64,000 bases of DNA, taken from Paraspadella gotoi (Eukaryota > Animalia > Chaetognatha). Below the pieces are notes generated by a model that worked only from the letters and a program-made list of their open reading frames with translations, made no database searches and was not told where the DNA came from. The translations under genes were made by a program, and so were the position numbers. The stretch spans positions 9,241,274 through 9,305,273 of the forward strand of contig CM119269.1 in NCBI GenBank assembly GCA_051294375.1, in the 5' to 3' direction. The first letter of the stretch is position 1; each line of letters opens with the position of its first letter. Of the stretch, positions 27,676-39,981 are shown one piece after another.

Positions 27676-29006
27676 AAAGCGCAAGCCGGACTCATTTACC
27701 CAGAACTTCCCATTTCAACTTAAATAAACTTAAAGGTTAGGGTTAAGGGTTAGAGTTTAGGTTAAAGATTAGAAAAAGGAGCCGAGAAGCCGAAGTTTGG
27801 AATGAGCTCGTCAAAATTTCCGTTTTAAGTCGCGTGGAAACGCGATTTTATAACATATCTGTCTGTTTGGCCCTTTGTCTGTTTGACTGTTTGTCCGCAT
27901 ATGAGAATTACCGGACTTAACATCTGAAAGGTAAGCTTAGAAAGATAAGAGTATTACGGGGAAAAGGAGTCGGAGTTGAAGTCAATTCTTTTTGGAGGAA
28001 TAAAGTGGAGGAGGAGGAGTAGGAGAAGGAAGAAGAAGAGAAAGTTTGTATTCACTTTTTCTTTTAGCTGAATGAAAAATCGAAATATTTGTGTCTACCC
28101 TTCGGAATTAGATTACCGTATTAGATTTACAATGGAAACGTTTTGGAGAAAAAGTGTTGTCATAGATTAGTTTGTTTTATTCCTGTTTTCTCATTATTTT
28201 ATATACAATTACCTTCTTTTTACAATTGAATTCTTTTCTTATGATCCGTCAGCTTTTTAATTTTCTTTTTTTTTTCCAACCTTAATCTCTTCTTATTATT
28301 TTTATATTCCTTCCCTTTTCTTTTTCTTTTCCTCTTCTCTTGACTTCATCAAACTCACTCAAAACACTTACTCTACTAAATTACTTCCCAGACTTTTTCT
28401 ATTTTTAGCTTTTTTCACGGTTGATTAGTTTGTATCGTAAGTAAATATCTGATTTGTTTTTTTCATTGCAACAGTGTGAAATTTTAGAATAAATGTCATT
28501 TCCATCGCTTAATCAATCGATCGACGACCAATCCTTACTATATATTGTGTTGTAATACTGTTATATTGTCTGAAGAAAAATTTTAATTCTTAATCTTAAA
28601 CTATAGGCTAAGCATTTTTTCCATCTGTCACAACACATTTTTTTATTTGAAATGAATAAATAAACATCAGAAGTTATGCATTTCAATCGTTATTTTTTAT
28701 TTAAATTTATAAAAACTTTAAGGACTTTTAGGAAAAGACTTTAAAGAAAAGATTAAAAGATCAAGTTAAAGATTGAATTTTTGATCAATTTGATTTGAAA
28801 TTAATTAAGATAAATAGAAAAATGAAAATGAGACAGAAAGAAATAAAAAGAGAAAAAGAAAGACATAGAAAGGGAGAGAAATTGAGGGAATAAAAAGAAA
28901 AAGAGGGAGAGAGAGAGAGGGCGGGCGGCATTCGACCATCACAGACGATTAGACCTAAATTTCGTTGGCAGTTTGTGAGAGGATTGCGTGGAGAGAGAGA
29001 GAGAGA

Positions 29007-29090
<84 letters not shown>

Positions 29091-29688
29091 AAGAGAAGAG
29101 AGAAAGAGAGAGAGAGAGAGTCAAAGAGGAAGTGTCACAGTTGACGTTAGTTTTCCCTGAGGGAGAAAGTCAAGGAAACCCACTGTGAAAGGAGCGGGTG
29201 TCGAAAAACGTAGACGACGATGACGACGACGACGACGACGACAACCGCAACGACGACAACAACGACGATGACGATTACGACTTCAGAAAAAGTCACAACG
29301 ACAATAGCGACGATGACGACGATGACGACGATTCTGTTGTGACAAAACGACGACAACGATGACGATGTTAACGAAGAGATAGATAATTGTATGTACATTC
29401 ATGTACGGCTCTCTTACGATCTTGTGATTGTAAATGTGTTTTATTGACATTATGAGCAGAATAAATCAAATCAAATCAACAACGATATTCAACGGCGATA
29501 ACGAAGACGATGATAAAAACGACGACAACAACCGCGACGACGACGACGACGACGACAAAGACAACGAAGACGACGACGACGTCGTTAGTGCGATGATGAA
29601 GTCGTTTCTCGGCTCAATTTAATTTAAATTACGGAAGAAAAAACATTAATTAACTGGAATTCGTAAAAACTTAAGAAATTTTCGCAAA

Positions 29689-31619
29689 ATGGAGATTCTT
29701 TTACTTTTTATTGGGTGAGTGCAAAGAATTTAACTTTTTGACCGCCATTCTTTATAAAATTGTTTTTTTTAACAAATATATCGTGTATTGTATAAAATAA
29801 AGAAAGGAAAGTAAAGATTTTTACCCAAAAACTTTTGACACCAGCTTGGTTTTGCCTTGGACGACCCTTGCTCAAACCTACAACCCAGTTGGCGTCCCTT
29901 TTCTTAAGGCCAAAATCACGATGTCTTCTGTGAATAGATCCGGTGAGAGAATTATTATGGTATAGTGACAGTTTTATTTGTGGTAATAGATTATTAGGTA
30001 TATAAAAATACGATTTTTTAAAGGGACCAATTTCTTTGAACAAAATAAAATCAAACCGATAATGATTACTAATGAAGCCAGAGTAGAAAAATTAAAACAG
30101 CAAATTACCTGAACATACTTACAAAAATACATACATTCATCTAGAGGCTTTAGCTTAATAGAACATTCAAAATCAGTCTTAATCGTGATTCTTAAAGAAG
30201 CATTTCCGACTAACTTTATTGACCGCATCTTTGTGGGAGAATTTTACGATTTCTAAAATTAAGGATTTCCTTTTTTAAAAAAAGTCTTTTTCTTTTCCTT
30301 TTTTTTTTTGGTAACAAGTTCTAAACGTTAATTTACATCAATTTTCAAGCCTTTTTTAACAAACAGATTTACCATTTCATTTGTCTCTATTTTTTTGCCT
30401 TAAATTTCTTACAAGGCCCTGCTACGTTTTTATCTTTTTAAAGGGATAGAAGCCTTAACCCACCATAGCTTGTCTAAAGATATAATTAGTTTAAAAATTA
30501 TATAAGGTATAATAAAATTATATAAAATCAGTGGCAAGATAGCTTATTTATTAAATGAATGGTTGTACCAATTTCATAAATTGTATAAATTATAAAATAT
30601 ATGAAAAATATAAATTAATTTGATAACTAGGAAATAGGCTAATTTTTTTACTAATTTTTAAAATTTTAATGTATTATTTTTATCATTTATATAATTTTTT
30701 TTACATTTTATAATTTTTATAATTTTAGTCAGGTTTTTAATGTTTTTAATTTTGATTTAATTTATAATATTTATAATTTTTATGTTCAAATTTCATAAAA
30801 AAACTTTTCCCATAATCTCTTTGCCTTTTGTTTCAACAACCGCCCTCGCCGCCGCGCCCTCTACCCCTCCTCCCCGTCAGTCTCCCTCCCCGGCGTTCCC
30901 GGCGTCGCGTTCCCCCGCTTCCCGGCACCGCAGAGCCTCCTCTCCGCGGCGCCGGGGTTCCGGGTCTGGCACGCCGAGGTGGGTCTGCCCCAGTGGATCA
31001 AGGTGGAGCTCTCAGAACCGATCGTCGCGGGGGAGTTCGCCTTTGAGGGGCGACTCTCTTTCGATTCGGATTTGCAGACGAAGAAGAGAGGGAAGACTCA
31101 CTACAGGTTGATGGTGGGATGATGACGATAATGATGATGATAATGATAATGACGATGTAAGTTAAAGATTGTTATAATGGTTATTATGATATCATTTTAG
31201 ATTCTTTAAATAATGATAATATAAAATGTGGTAATAAAGATTTTGATTCTGTTAACTCACGACAATGATAAAAATGAAATGAGATGATAATGATAATGAC
31301 GATGATGACGATGATGATGTTGAGAGTGATTAAATTCTCACGTTCCTTACCCAGATTGGAGGCGGTGAACCCAACCCGGCTGCACCCGGTGAGTCTCCCT
31401 CCTGCACCATCGGGTGGAAGACTCTTAAGGAGGAGGACGACGCCGACCACTTTTTGGGAGGGAGGACAGCAGGAGCATCAAGGTGGACGCCAAAGGTGGG
31501 TCGCAGGGTCAGGTTGGGTGAGGCAGGGTATGATGTGTTTTGATGATGGGCATCATGCGGGAGGAGATTGCGTCAGGGGAATTATATGCTGTGATTTAAA
31601 GTATTGGGAAAGCGCGTGA
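29689..31619 (+). CDS. Secreted F5/8 type C (discoidin/galactose-binding-like) domain protein; exons 29689-29714, 29845-29942, 30881-31106, ~31355-31619 (last exon frameshifted)
   Basis: Spliced product MEILLLFIGLVLPWTTLA-QTYNPVGVPFLKAKITMSSVNRS...RVWHAEVGLPQWIKVELSEPIVAGEFAFEGR...THYRLEAV: signal peptide plus ITxSS, WH..PQWIxVEL discoidin pattern. Confidence 0.7.
30411..30577 (+). mobile_element. Short dispersed repeat family, copy 3 (with AT-rich insert)
   Basis: AGGCCCTGCTA...CCTTAACCCACCATAGCTTGTCTAAAG...GCAAGATAGCTTATTTATTAAATGAATGGTTGTACCAATTTCAT. Confidence 0.65.
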
Positions 31620-31876
31620 AGTCGTGTCATTTACTGAATTTACTGGAGGCGACGGTCAGGAAATGATATTGTAGGTGAACAATTATGATGGGGCAAGAAC
31701 TGTATGCACTGATTCGAAGCAGGTTGTTATAGAAATTAGAAAGTGATCTACAGTACAGAGTAATTTATGTAAAATGTCAATCCAGCGAATTAAGGGGGTT
31801 CTTCTCATGCTCAACTCAACTGATCAACTTTTAAAAAAGACAAAACGAAATTACAATTAGATTACGTTCTAAAGAT

Positions 31877-32326
31877 TTATAGCGAGAATTTCTTTACTCT
31901 GTTTGAAAAGATCGAATACCAAAAAAAATGATATAAATCTTCTTTTTTGACTAATACACGACGAATTGTAGGAGGAACTTCAAAGAAAGAAGCGCAAGGA
32001 AATTGAATGACGGATCCCAATTTCGCGAAGATCCATTGCGTCCTTCGCCTAATTATAAATAACAAATTAATTATATAAATTACTTTACAACCATTTACAT
32101 TAAAATACATTACTGTAATACCTTTTTGGCAAATTGTCCCGTTCCACTGCAAGGAACAATTGGCGAATGGTCTTATCGCACATTCGTCGAAATCTAAAAA
32201 TAATTAGTAAATAATTTTATTCCCCTCTCATTTCTTTCCTTTCGACGACCATCCGCCTACTTATCTTTATAAAACTTCTCTTGCTCTCTGTTTATTTCCC
32301 ACTTCTCTCCGACCACCTCTCTTTCT

Positions 32327-32383
<57 letters not shown>

Positions 32384-33224
32384 CCCACCTTCCTTTCCTC
32401 TCTGGATCGCCTCCATCATCCATTTTTTCGTCATTATGATATTGAACGTCTCCTGCCTGACGACCGAGTCTTTGGCGGTGACGAGGTTGGCGCCCGCCGC
32501 CACTAGCGCCGCCACCGCTTTCGTTTGGTTGTAGTTGATAGCGCGACGAAGCGGCGTTTCGCTCTGGGAGTTCCTGGAAGGTGGCGGTATAGTCTTTGTT
32601 GTCGTTGTTGTTCATGTCCTTATGATTGTTGTGGGTGGTTTTTGACAATGTTGTTGAGTTCTTCGTTGTTGTTGTGAATTGGTTATTTGCGTTTTGTTGT
32701 GTTTTTACGTTGATATAAATATTGTACGATTTTAATCAAACAAGCTATATTACCCCTGACTTAGGATAGGCGTTGCTGGTTTAAGGTCTCCATCACTCTG
32801 GTGATTGTGATTATTAAGATTAATGTGATTATGTGATTGTTGTTGTCGTTGTTGTTTTGTTGTTGTTGTTGACGTTATAGTTGTTTGTATGAATATTGTT
32901 TACTAGGTTGTTATTTCGATTTTTTTTCTGCTGTTTTTACCGTTGTTGTTGCTGTTGTTGTTATCATAGTGATGGGTCGTTGTTGTCATTATAATAGTTA
33001 TCACCGCGCTCTCTACCTGACGTCAATGTCGACTCCTCTTTGCGCCACGAGTCGCTCGATGGCGTCGACTGAGTTCATCATCGCCGCCCAGTGCAGCGGC
33101 GTCGTTCCTCTTTTATCTCCCGCGTTAACGTCGGCGCCGCGGCAGAGCAATAAATGCAGCAGCGCCGCTTGGTTCTCTTCCGCAGCATAGTGGAGACAGG
33201 TCTCGCCGGCGTCGTCCGTCTGAT

Positions 33225-33316
<92 letters not shown>

Positions 33317-34110
33317 AGAGAGAAAGAGAGAAGAGAGAGAGAAAGAGAAAGAAGAAAGAGAGAGAGAGAGGGATGAGAAAGCGAGGGAAGGAAATTGTAG
33401 GAAGTAAAATTCATCATCTATGTTAAGATTATGTAAGTTCAGTGATTAGAATCAGTATTGGGTTGCTTTTTTTGAAAAAAGTGACCATTTTAAACATCAA
33501 CATCATTTAATTCCATCAACGCCTTTTAATTTAGGTTTTTCATCGCGGTCTTCTCACAGCTGAACCGATTATAATAATTCACTTTATGCGCTTAGTCAGT
33601 CTGTCCCCATAATTTCTATAGTAAATTATTGTAGATCATTTTAGAATATTAAAATTCGATAATTATATGCAAAAAATGATGACGGTTCATTTCCTTACTT
33701 GTCCTATCAGATTTCCCCTTTTAATTTGATTGAATTGACCTATACTCATCTCATTTTAATCACTTTTTGAGACATCTTTATATCATTTAAAACCGACATC
33801 TTATTCGACTTTCATCTTCTAACATTTTGTGACATCTTTATGTCATTTAAAAACTGACATCTTCCCTCACCGCTGCAGTGACATCCGACACCCGTGTTTC
33901 GCCATCAAATCTTTGATGAGGCGAAATTTTTCCTTCCAACATTTTTAATCAACGCATTGTTGAGCTCGAATTTCGTGAAAATAGAAAATTTGTGAGTGAG
34001 ATTTGTGAATCTTACGAGATTTTAATTAGCTCGAATCACAATTCACTAACCTGAGCCGTACGATGCAATACCAACAAAGAGAAAGTCAAAATCCAAATGA
34101 AAATATTTCT
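31877..34110 (-). CDS. Ankyrin repeat protein with C-terminal SOCS-box-like motif (ASB-like); clear exons 33017-33219, 32457-32573, 32122-32193, 31877-32048; 5' exons (~33871-33932, ~34051-34108) tentative
   Basis: GETCLHYAA, GADVNAGDKRGTTPLHWAA and SETPLRRAI ankyrin repeats, then RFRRMCDKTIRQLF (BC-box-like) and EVPPTIRRVL (cullin-box-like). Confidence 0.8.
32741..32797 (-). mobile_element. Short dispersed repeat family, copy 4 (partial)
   Basis: AAGCTATATTACCCCTGACTTAGGATAGGCGTTGCTGGTTTAAGGTCTCCATCAC aligns to 25332-25386. Confidence 0.65.
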
Positions 34111-35317
34111 GGAAAAAAAACCGAACATTTGCATCATTTAGGCGGCCTCAGCAACAACAAGTAAAGTAAGTAAGTAAAGGTAAGTAAAGTAAAGTAAAGT
34201 AAAGTAAAGTAAAGTAAAGTCATCAAGTAAAGTCCCCACTTCATCGTCACTTATCAATTTTGAAAATATCATTATCATCGTCGTCATCCTCGTCGTCGTC
34301 GTCGTCGTCGTCGTTGTTTTCGTCACCGTCTATTCAACTATCATTTATCTATCATTTATCTATTTGTCTTCATCATCATCTTAATCATTGAAAGAATTAA
34401 AAACGTTACACTCTCAGTCTTACCATGATTATTTTCGGTAGATGTCGTCAACGCAATTACGATAATGTATAAACTTTTTTGCTCATTTAATATTAACCCA
34501 AAATAAATGTAACTTTTTTCCTTGAAAATTCTATAAAAGAAGCGTCGAAAATTGTGACCGTCAGGGACTAAATGAGATTAAGCGAATTCGAAGGCGAGTC
34601 ACGATTGCTTCAACCTGCATATCCTCGAAGTCGGTGGCTAATGAGTCTCCGACGGAGATTGAAGGAAAGAACGAATGAAAGAGGGATTTCTTGATTGAGT
34701 GAAATGGCTTCATTTGTAAATCAAAATCGAAATAGTGTAGACTGTAGACTCTACAGACTCTACAGTGTAGAGGCATTAATCATGATATCAATCCGAGACA
34801 GATATTTGTTATTGTTTAAATCGTAAAACGAGAGTAAAAAGAAAGATAGGGTGCGACGCTGGCGGAATGAGATAGAGCGGGAGAAAGACAAAGAGTCATA
34901 GTGAGAGAGAGAGAGTGATAGAGATAGTCCGGCTTCTCTTTGTATCGATACATCCAATGACCAGCGGAAATTGAACCCGAGGCTACGAAACCTTCTACTC
35001 CACAACTCGAAAGATATAATTTGTTGAATTATTTAATTTAATGTTTTTTTTGATAAAACTAAATCAATATGACTATTGAAAACTTCTTTTACTGCCTTTC
35101 CTCCCTCTCTCTCTTTTNNNNNNNNNNNNNNNNNNNNNNNNNNNNNNNNNNNNNNNNNNNNNNNNNNNNNNNNNNNNNNNNNNNNNNNNNNNNNNNNNNN
35201 NNNNNNNNNNNNNNNNNNNNNNNNNNNNNNNNNNNNNNNNNNNNNNNNNNNNNNNNNNNNNNNNNNNNNNNNNNNNNNNNNNNNNNNNNNNNNNNNNNNN
35301 NNNNNNNNNNNNNNNNN

Positions 35318-36889
35318 CCTACCGTTGCTTCCGCCTCTTCTTCCCCGAAGTCCCGATGGACGACAATTGTCGTCATTTCGTCATCGTCTCCGATTTGCGT
35401 CTNNNNNNNNNNNNNNNNNNNNNNNNNNNNNNNNNNNNNNNNNNNNNNNNNNNNNNNNNNNNNNNNNNNNNNNNNNNNNNNNNNNNNNNNNNNNNNNNNN
35501 NNNNNNNNNNNNNNNNNNNNNNNNNNNNNNNNNNNNNNNNNNNNNNNNNNNNNNNNNNNNNNNNNNNNNNNNNNNNNNNNNNNNNNNNNNNNNNNNNNNN
35601 NNNNNNNNNNNNNNNNNNNNNNNNNNNNNNNNNNNNNNNNNNNNNNNNNNNNNNNNNNNNNNNNNNNNNNNNNNNNNNNNNNNNNNNNNNNNNNNNNNNN
35701 NNNNNNNNNNNNNNNNNNNNNTTAATTTTTCTAATTACAATGTTCGATTGTGTCTGACATTCACACTTCTTTAATTTTTGATAATTTTGCCGGTCCTGTC
35801 CACTAGCCAGCTTGTATAGACAGACGTTCAAGTTAATCTCCAATTTCCTTCACAAATCAGCTCATATAGACAGACCGATCCAATGTGTGTTTTCTTATTT
35901 TTATAGGGCAAGTCCTGTCCTGCTCGAGCCCTTTTTTGTTTTTGCACTACAGAGCAAGTCCTTCCTTACTCATTACTCAAGCCCCTTTTGTGTTTTTTGT
36001 TCAACAAAGAAAGTCCTGCCCTCCTCGAGCTTCTTTTCTATTTTCAGAGCAAGTCCTGCCGTACACCTTCCCTCAACCGGAAGTCGTCTTCGCCTTCGAA
36101 TTCAAGACTGACTCATCTCGACCGCAAGATGGACCCACGAGTTATTCCTTGACGGCGACGGAGGAAGATGGGAGGGAGGTGGAGTTGATGAGGGTCGAGG
36201 ATGGTGAGCGAGGGGGGGTGGTTGTTGTTGTTGTTGTTATTGTTGTTGTTGTAGTCGTTGATGTTTTGGTTTTGGGTTTTGTTTTTTTTTTTTTGCTTGA
36301 TCTGGAGTTTTTTGGTTTTTTTAGTTAGTGTTTTCGTAGTTGTTCTTCGCGTTTTGGTGGTTGCAGCATTTTTTGTAGCATGTTATTGTAAATATTGTAA
36401 CAGTTGTTTTTATTGCGTATATTGTTTTTGTTGAGATTATGGTTTTATTTTTAATGTTTTGTTGCAGTTACTATTATTCTTTTTCTGTTGTTGTTTTCTT
36501 GGCTTTTTCGTCGATGTTTTGCTGTTTTATTTCTTGTTTCAATTAAAAAAAAATATTAACCGGCCTCATCATCCACCCCCTTCCTCCCACCCTCTGCCCC
36601 AAACTTCCTACCCCCTACCCGTCACCCTATGTCCCTCACCCCCCTGCCCCCCCAACCCCCAGGTCGCCCCTTCCTCGACCCAGACGAGACCCGGCGTCAT
36701 CGTTTCCTTCCTCCTCCCGGCGCCGGATTCCTCACTTACTCCCTTCGCGTCCGGCGCGTGGGATGGATGGGTCCCGGCGCCGCGGGGGGCTGGGCATCCG
36801 GCTCTAAGGGTTGGGTGCAGGTTAGGGACGTGAGGTTCTATCTGACGAGGATGCATAAATATGATGCAGAGACTGGGGAGATATTATGA
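35318..36889 (+). CDS. Protein with at least two F5/8 type C/galactose-binding-like domains, interrupted by gaps; exon pieces 35318-35402, 36048-36203, 36663-36889
   Basis: YRCFRLFFPEVPMDDNCRHFVIVSDLR (end of domain 1), then EVVFAFEFKT..DGPTSYSLTATEEDG..PFLDPDETRRHRF..FLTYSLRVRRV..WVQVRDVRFY; phase-1 GT-AG junction EDG|RPF. Confidence 0.6.
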
Positions 36890-36928
36890 GGAGAGAGAGA
36901 GAGNNNNNNNNNNNNNNNNNNNNNNNNN

Positions 36929-37092
36929 GGCCGGGGGAAACAAAAGACGTCGTGCCCAGACGCCGTGGCGGCGCCGGTAGAGGCCGCGGCAATTTGTACC
37001 GAGCGGATGAGTGGTATGTCGAGAGAAGAAAGAAAAAAGAACATAAATTCGAAAGAGGCGAAGGGAGATCGGAGATTAGACGAACGGAGTAA
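36929..37092 (+). CDS. Possible terminal exon of an unidentified gene next to a gap
   Basis: GC-rich open frame PGETKDVVPRRRGGAGRGRGNLYRADEWYVERRKKKEHKFERGEGRSEIRRTE*, followed by AATAAA. Confidence 0.25.
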
Positions 37093-37521
37093 AATAAATA
37101 TAAGAATTTTAGAATAAAGATACAAAAATTGTAATATTAGATATATACAAAAAAAAAAGAATTCCATTGAAGGTCGACTTGGACGAAAAAAAAATCGATA
37201 ATAAATAAATAAATAACTTTTTGTCTGCGTCTCGATATTGTTTAATTCTGAAAGATTAATTGTCGGCGAACTGTCCTTTACGACGAAATTTTCTTTTGGC
37301 GAAACTTCCTTTCTAAACCAACCAATGTTCTTGAGACCGACGAATTTCATCGCGTTCAATTTTTTCCTATTAAATTCTAGGTATGATCAGTGAGATTTGA
37401 TGCCGATGCAGAGCCGCCAATGGGACTGCTTTGGTTGGTATGCCAACTATATTTTCGCGCTATAGAAATTAGAATGAATCATGCCTCCTGTCCCGCAATT
37501 GGTTTTTCATTTGGTATTCGT

Positions 37522-37552
37522 TTCGCCATGGTAAGTGATACTCCATGGAAAC
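37522..37552. promoter_or_regulatory. Two RFX X-box-like motifs upstream of TTC16
   Basis: TTCGCCATGGTAAG and TACTCCATGGAAAC versus consensus GTNNCCATGGNAAC. Confidence 0.45.
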
Positions 37553-38012
37553 AATTGCCGAAACAACGAAAATACTGCACATCTTCCCGATAGCTAATCT
37601 TCTATTTTTTATCGGTTTGTAGCTACTTTTTTTCTCCTGAATAAAATAGAATAGGTTACATTGTATTATTGATTTTTTTTTGCAAGCACTTTTTGAATAA
37701 AGCATAAAGATGAAAAATAAAATATTTATCGATTTTGTTAGCGCTATGAATACTGCGCACAACGGAATTTATGGAGTGAGATTGTTCCTCTCGTCTGTAA
37801 TGAATTGTAAGATGTTGTAACAGAAGATTTACATTATATATGAAGAAGAAAGCCGCAATAAAATGCTTGGGTCTGATAATAAAATTTTGGTATTTGGTAT
37901 TCTCGGATTAATTCAAGAAAAGCTGAAAATCTTGGCTGTTAACTTTTTGATTTTTCTTGTGTTTTTTTTTTTTTTTTTTTTTTTTTCTTTGTTTTTGTTG
38001 CGCTTTTTTCTA

Positions 38013-39862
38013 GAAACCGCAGCCGATCCTTCCGGCGCCGCACTACGTCACGGCACTGCACCCTCTGCCCGTCACAGCGCCGTCAGTCGACAACGGAGCG
38101 TCTTCAGCCTCGGTTCGGTTTTTAGCTTCGCTTCTTCAACGGAAAAAAATGGCTGCGGAAAAGAAAAAAAAGTGAGTGAGATTTAAATGATAAATTTAGA
38201 ATTATCTCCATTTCAAAGATAATGCTTTTGTAAAAAAATTGGTCTTAATTTTTTAAAACGCATAATTTTCGTCTCACGCCTCGCTCGATCGTTTTAAGGA
38301 AACTGATTTTATGAGTTTAAACAAGATCGGTTCATATATTATATTATATTTCTCGTGACATGACATGACGTGACATGACATGACGCGACATGACATGACT
38401 ACATGCCTACGAAGTATCGCGGCGCAACTTAAAACCTCATTGACGTGTTTTCACATCCTATTGACTTTCTGTTTTCCAGTTAAAAGAAAAATTCTTTCGT
38501 CTGCGCCTCGCGACGGAAACTCTGGGAACTAAAACGAACAAAAGATCAAGCTTCGAATCGACTGGTTCCTTGACATTGCTTAACGGTCAGATATCATATC
38601 TCAATATCTCATGATGAATTCATGCAACCGATTATAACTTAATCATAAATTCAAATTTTAAAATTGATTAAATACGTATTAATTTTGGGCTCTTCAGAGG
38701 TTGGAGACGCCGAAATCATTGCAGATGAAGCCGACAAGTCCGTCGGCAAAGAAGTCGACATCAACATCGGCGACGACGATGACGACGACGAAGACGACGA
38801 ACTGGAAATTCTTCGCAGAGAAACGAAAAAGATGAAGGAAGCGATGGACAAATTGGATCTTCGGACGGAGGTTAACGAAGTGACCTTTGACATTAGGGTC
38901 ACCTTTTTTCGATCATTAACTCTTTACATTTTCGTTGACTTGGCTCTGTGATCTTTCCTTGATCATTGCGTGACCTTCAACTTGTGAGACATGACCTTTT
39001 TTTTTTCCTTTTCTTGACCTTGACGGTTTAATTTTCTTCGCATTTGCTTTGTGATGTCACTTTAAACATGACCTTATGTTGACCTTGACCCTTGACCTAA
39101 ACATTGACCATGCCTTACCTTCGATTCGGCCTTAATCTTGATCTTATTCTTAATCTTATTGCAAAAAAGGTTTCGACCTAAAAAAATTTTCATTGAAATT
39201 AAACCAAAACTTTATTATTAATTAAATGTCTTTTCGGATCTCACTCAGGTTGTCCCGGTTCTTCCTTCCGCCTCATCCGCCTCCTCTTTTGACTTCCGGA
39301 TCCCCGTCATTTCTCGGCAAAACTCGGCCAAAGTTTTTCCGGAAATCGACGGAATTCGACCGGAAGATCGAAGGAGCAAATTTCAGGCCAAATTCAAAAA
39401 GTCTTTGCCTCGTGAGAGAAGGAGGGTGATGGGTTGAATAGTTATAATTTATAAAGTAAATTAATAATAAATAGTTAATAAACAATGGAATTAATGTTTT
39501 AATATGAGATAACCTAATTTATTTGACAGCCGTGGTTTTTCGCGTTGAACGCCCCGACAATGAAGTTGACGCAATGGTGATTATTTGATTTATTGGATGT
39601 AAATTGATCAATTGAATACTTTATCGACTAATCCTCTGATTTGATTGATTGATTAATTGATTGACCAATTGATCGATTAAAGTTATTCTTAGGAAAACGA
39701 TGGATCGACTCAGCAAAACCTGGAATCTCTTTTGTTCAAACGGAGAAGAGACGAGGGACTCATTGACCCAGAATTCGGGTCGAGGGGATCATTTATGGGG
39801 AAAACAGCACTCGACATCCCCAACTACGACGAGGCTAGAGAGAGAGAGAGCGAGAGAGAGAG

Positions 39863-39906
<44 letters not shown>

Positions 39907-39949
39907 AGAGAGGAGAGAGCAGAGACAGAAAGAGAGAGAAAGAAGAAGA

Positions 39950-39981
<32 letters not shown>

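Noticed and set aside
38880-39125. Cluster of TGACCT nuclear-receptor half sites
   Set aside because: Degenerate intronic GACCTT repeat with no consistent spacing.
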